Of a stretch of 61,203 nucleotides of DNA, positions 60,541 to 61,203 are shown one piece after another. The first letter of the stretch is position 1. Each line of letters begins with the position of its first letter. Below the pieces are notes generated by a model. That model worked only from the letters and a program-made list of their open reading frames with translations, did not search any database and was not told the DNA's origin. A program made the position numbers and the translations under genes. Origin of the DNA: Acidobacteriota bacterium (lineage in GTDB: Bacteria > Acidobacteriota > Vicinamibacteria > Vicinamibacterales > UBA8438); assembly GCA_022562495.1 (NCBI GenBank), contig JADFPE010000004.1, positions 1-61,203 on the forward strand, written 5' to 3'.

Positions 60541-60768
60541 ATGATCCTGATACAGATCATCGACCTCTACTCACTGATCGTGTTTGTCGCGATTGTCATG
60601 TCGTGGATGCAGCTGTCGCCCTCGAACCCGATCGCGCGGTTCGTCCACGCGCTCACCGAACCGGTGCTGGGCCCGCTCCGCCGCGCCCTGCCCTCGATGG
60701 GCGGTCTCGACTTCTCGCCGATGGTCCTGCTGATCGGGCTGCAAATGCTCAAAGGCTGGCTGTTCTAG
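60541..60768 (+). CDS. yggT: YggT-family membrane protein
   Basis: IVMSW, TEPVLGPLRRALP and GGLDFSP. Confidence 0.92.
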   Translation: MILIQIIDLYSLIVFVAIVMSWMQLSPSNPIARFVHALTEPVLGPLRRALPSMGGLDFSPMVLLIGLQMLKGWLF

Positions 60769-60930
60769 CAGTCCGTGGTGAAAGTCCTGCGTGGCACCGA
60801 GACCGGTGCTGCGCCCGATTGGCAAGACGCGCCGAGGGAGCATACAGGCAGTATTCGACCGAGAAGCAACGCAGCCAGGCGGGATGCAGCGCCGGTCGAA
60901 TGCAGCTGGACTTTCACCACGGGCTGCTAG
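60765..60930. mobile_element. 166-bp MITE with CTAG ends (opposite orientation to the 49211 copy)
   Basis: CTAGCAGTCCGTGGTGAAAGTCC ... GGACTTTCACCACGGGCTGCTAG. Confidence 0.88.
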
Positions 60931-61152
60931 ACCGGCTGGAAAGAACCGATAGCCGGCTTGGTGGCTTCAGGTTGCGGGCTGCGGGTGCGCGTCTGGAACG
61001 CAACCCTCACGACAGCCCTGAAGGGCCTTGCGACCACAGAAGCCCACAGATCACGGTGGCCCAGGGCCTTTACTCACGGCTGCCCGCCACAAGCCAGCAG
61101 CCCGTCCCTGCCGTCCCACCCCGATTCCGGTGATCGGCAATAATGGATCGCT

Positions 61153-61203
61153 ATGGCAGATGCGCAGCCGGCACCCGCTGTTGAACCAAAGCCCGCACCG
61201 GAA
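61153..61203 (+). CDS. Probable start of a gene running off the window
   Basis: ATG followed by an open frame MADAQPAPAVEPKPAPE. Confidence 0.4.
   Translation, partial: MADAQPAPAVEPKPAPE

Noticed and set aside
60603-61133. ORFs sharing AYRQYSTEKQR...DFHHGLL (also 49086-49463, 22742-23155)
   Set aside because: These are translations of the MITE, not a protein family.

Overview
GC-rich bacterial chromosomal window. An ADOP-type orphan permease, three DUF4159 paralogues, PQQ propellers and many secreted peptidases point to Acidobacteriota, probably Vicinamibacteria; this is an inference. It holds about 48 real CDSs, and most other six-frame ORFs are GC-rich shadows. Main items: (1) A SEFIR/TIR - STAND NTPase - TPR gene (NLR/Avs-like defence architecture, about 975-990 aa) is split in frame by a complete 1,991-bp ISKra4-type IS with 26-bp terminal inverted repeats and a 9-bp target duplication. 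(2) A 15-kb uncharacterised MoxR/DUF58/VWA/DUF4175/3xDUF4159 cluster includes a Cys-less caspase-fold protein. (3) A 475-bp transposase-less cassette with 14-bp inverted ends, an 8-bp target duplication and one passenger membrane-protein gene has inserted into that cluster. (4) A PQQ alcohol dehydrogenase with the lanthanide-type WDYDG motif lies next to a cytochrome c with a CxxxCH motif. (5) One VapBC pair is intact and three toxin-antitoxin relics are deleted or fused. (6) There are several families of CTAG-targeting MITEs and heptamer/REP-like intergenic repeats. No rRNA, tRNA or CRISPR array was seen. All family assignments come from motif recognition by eye, not from database searches.
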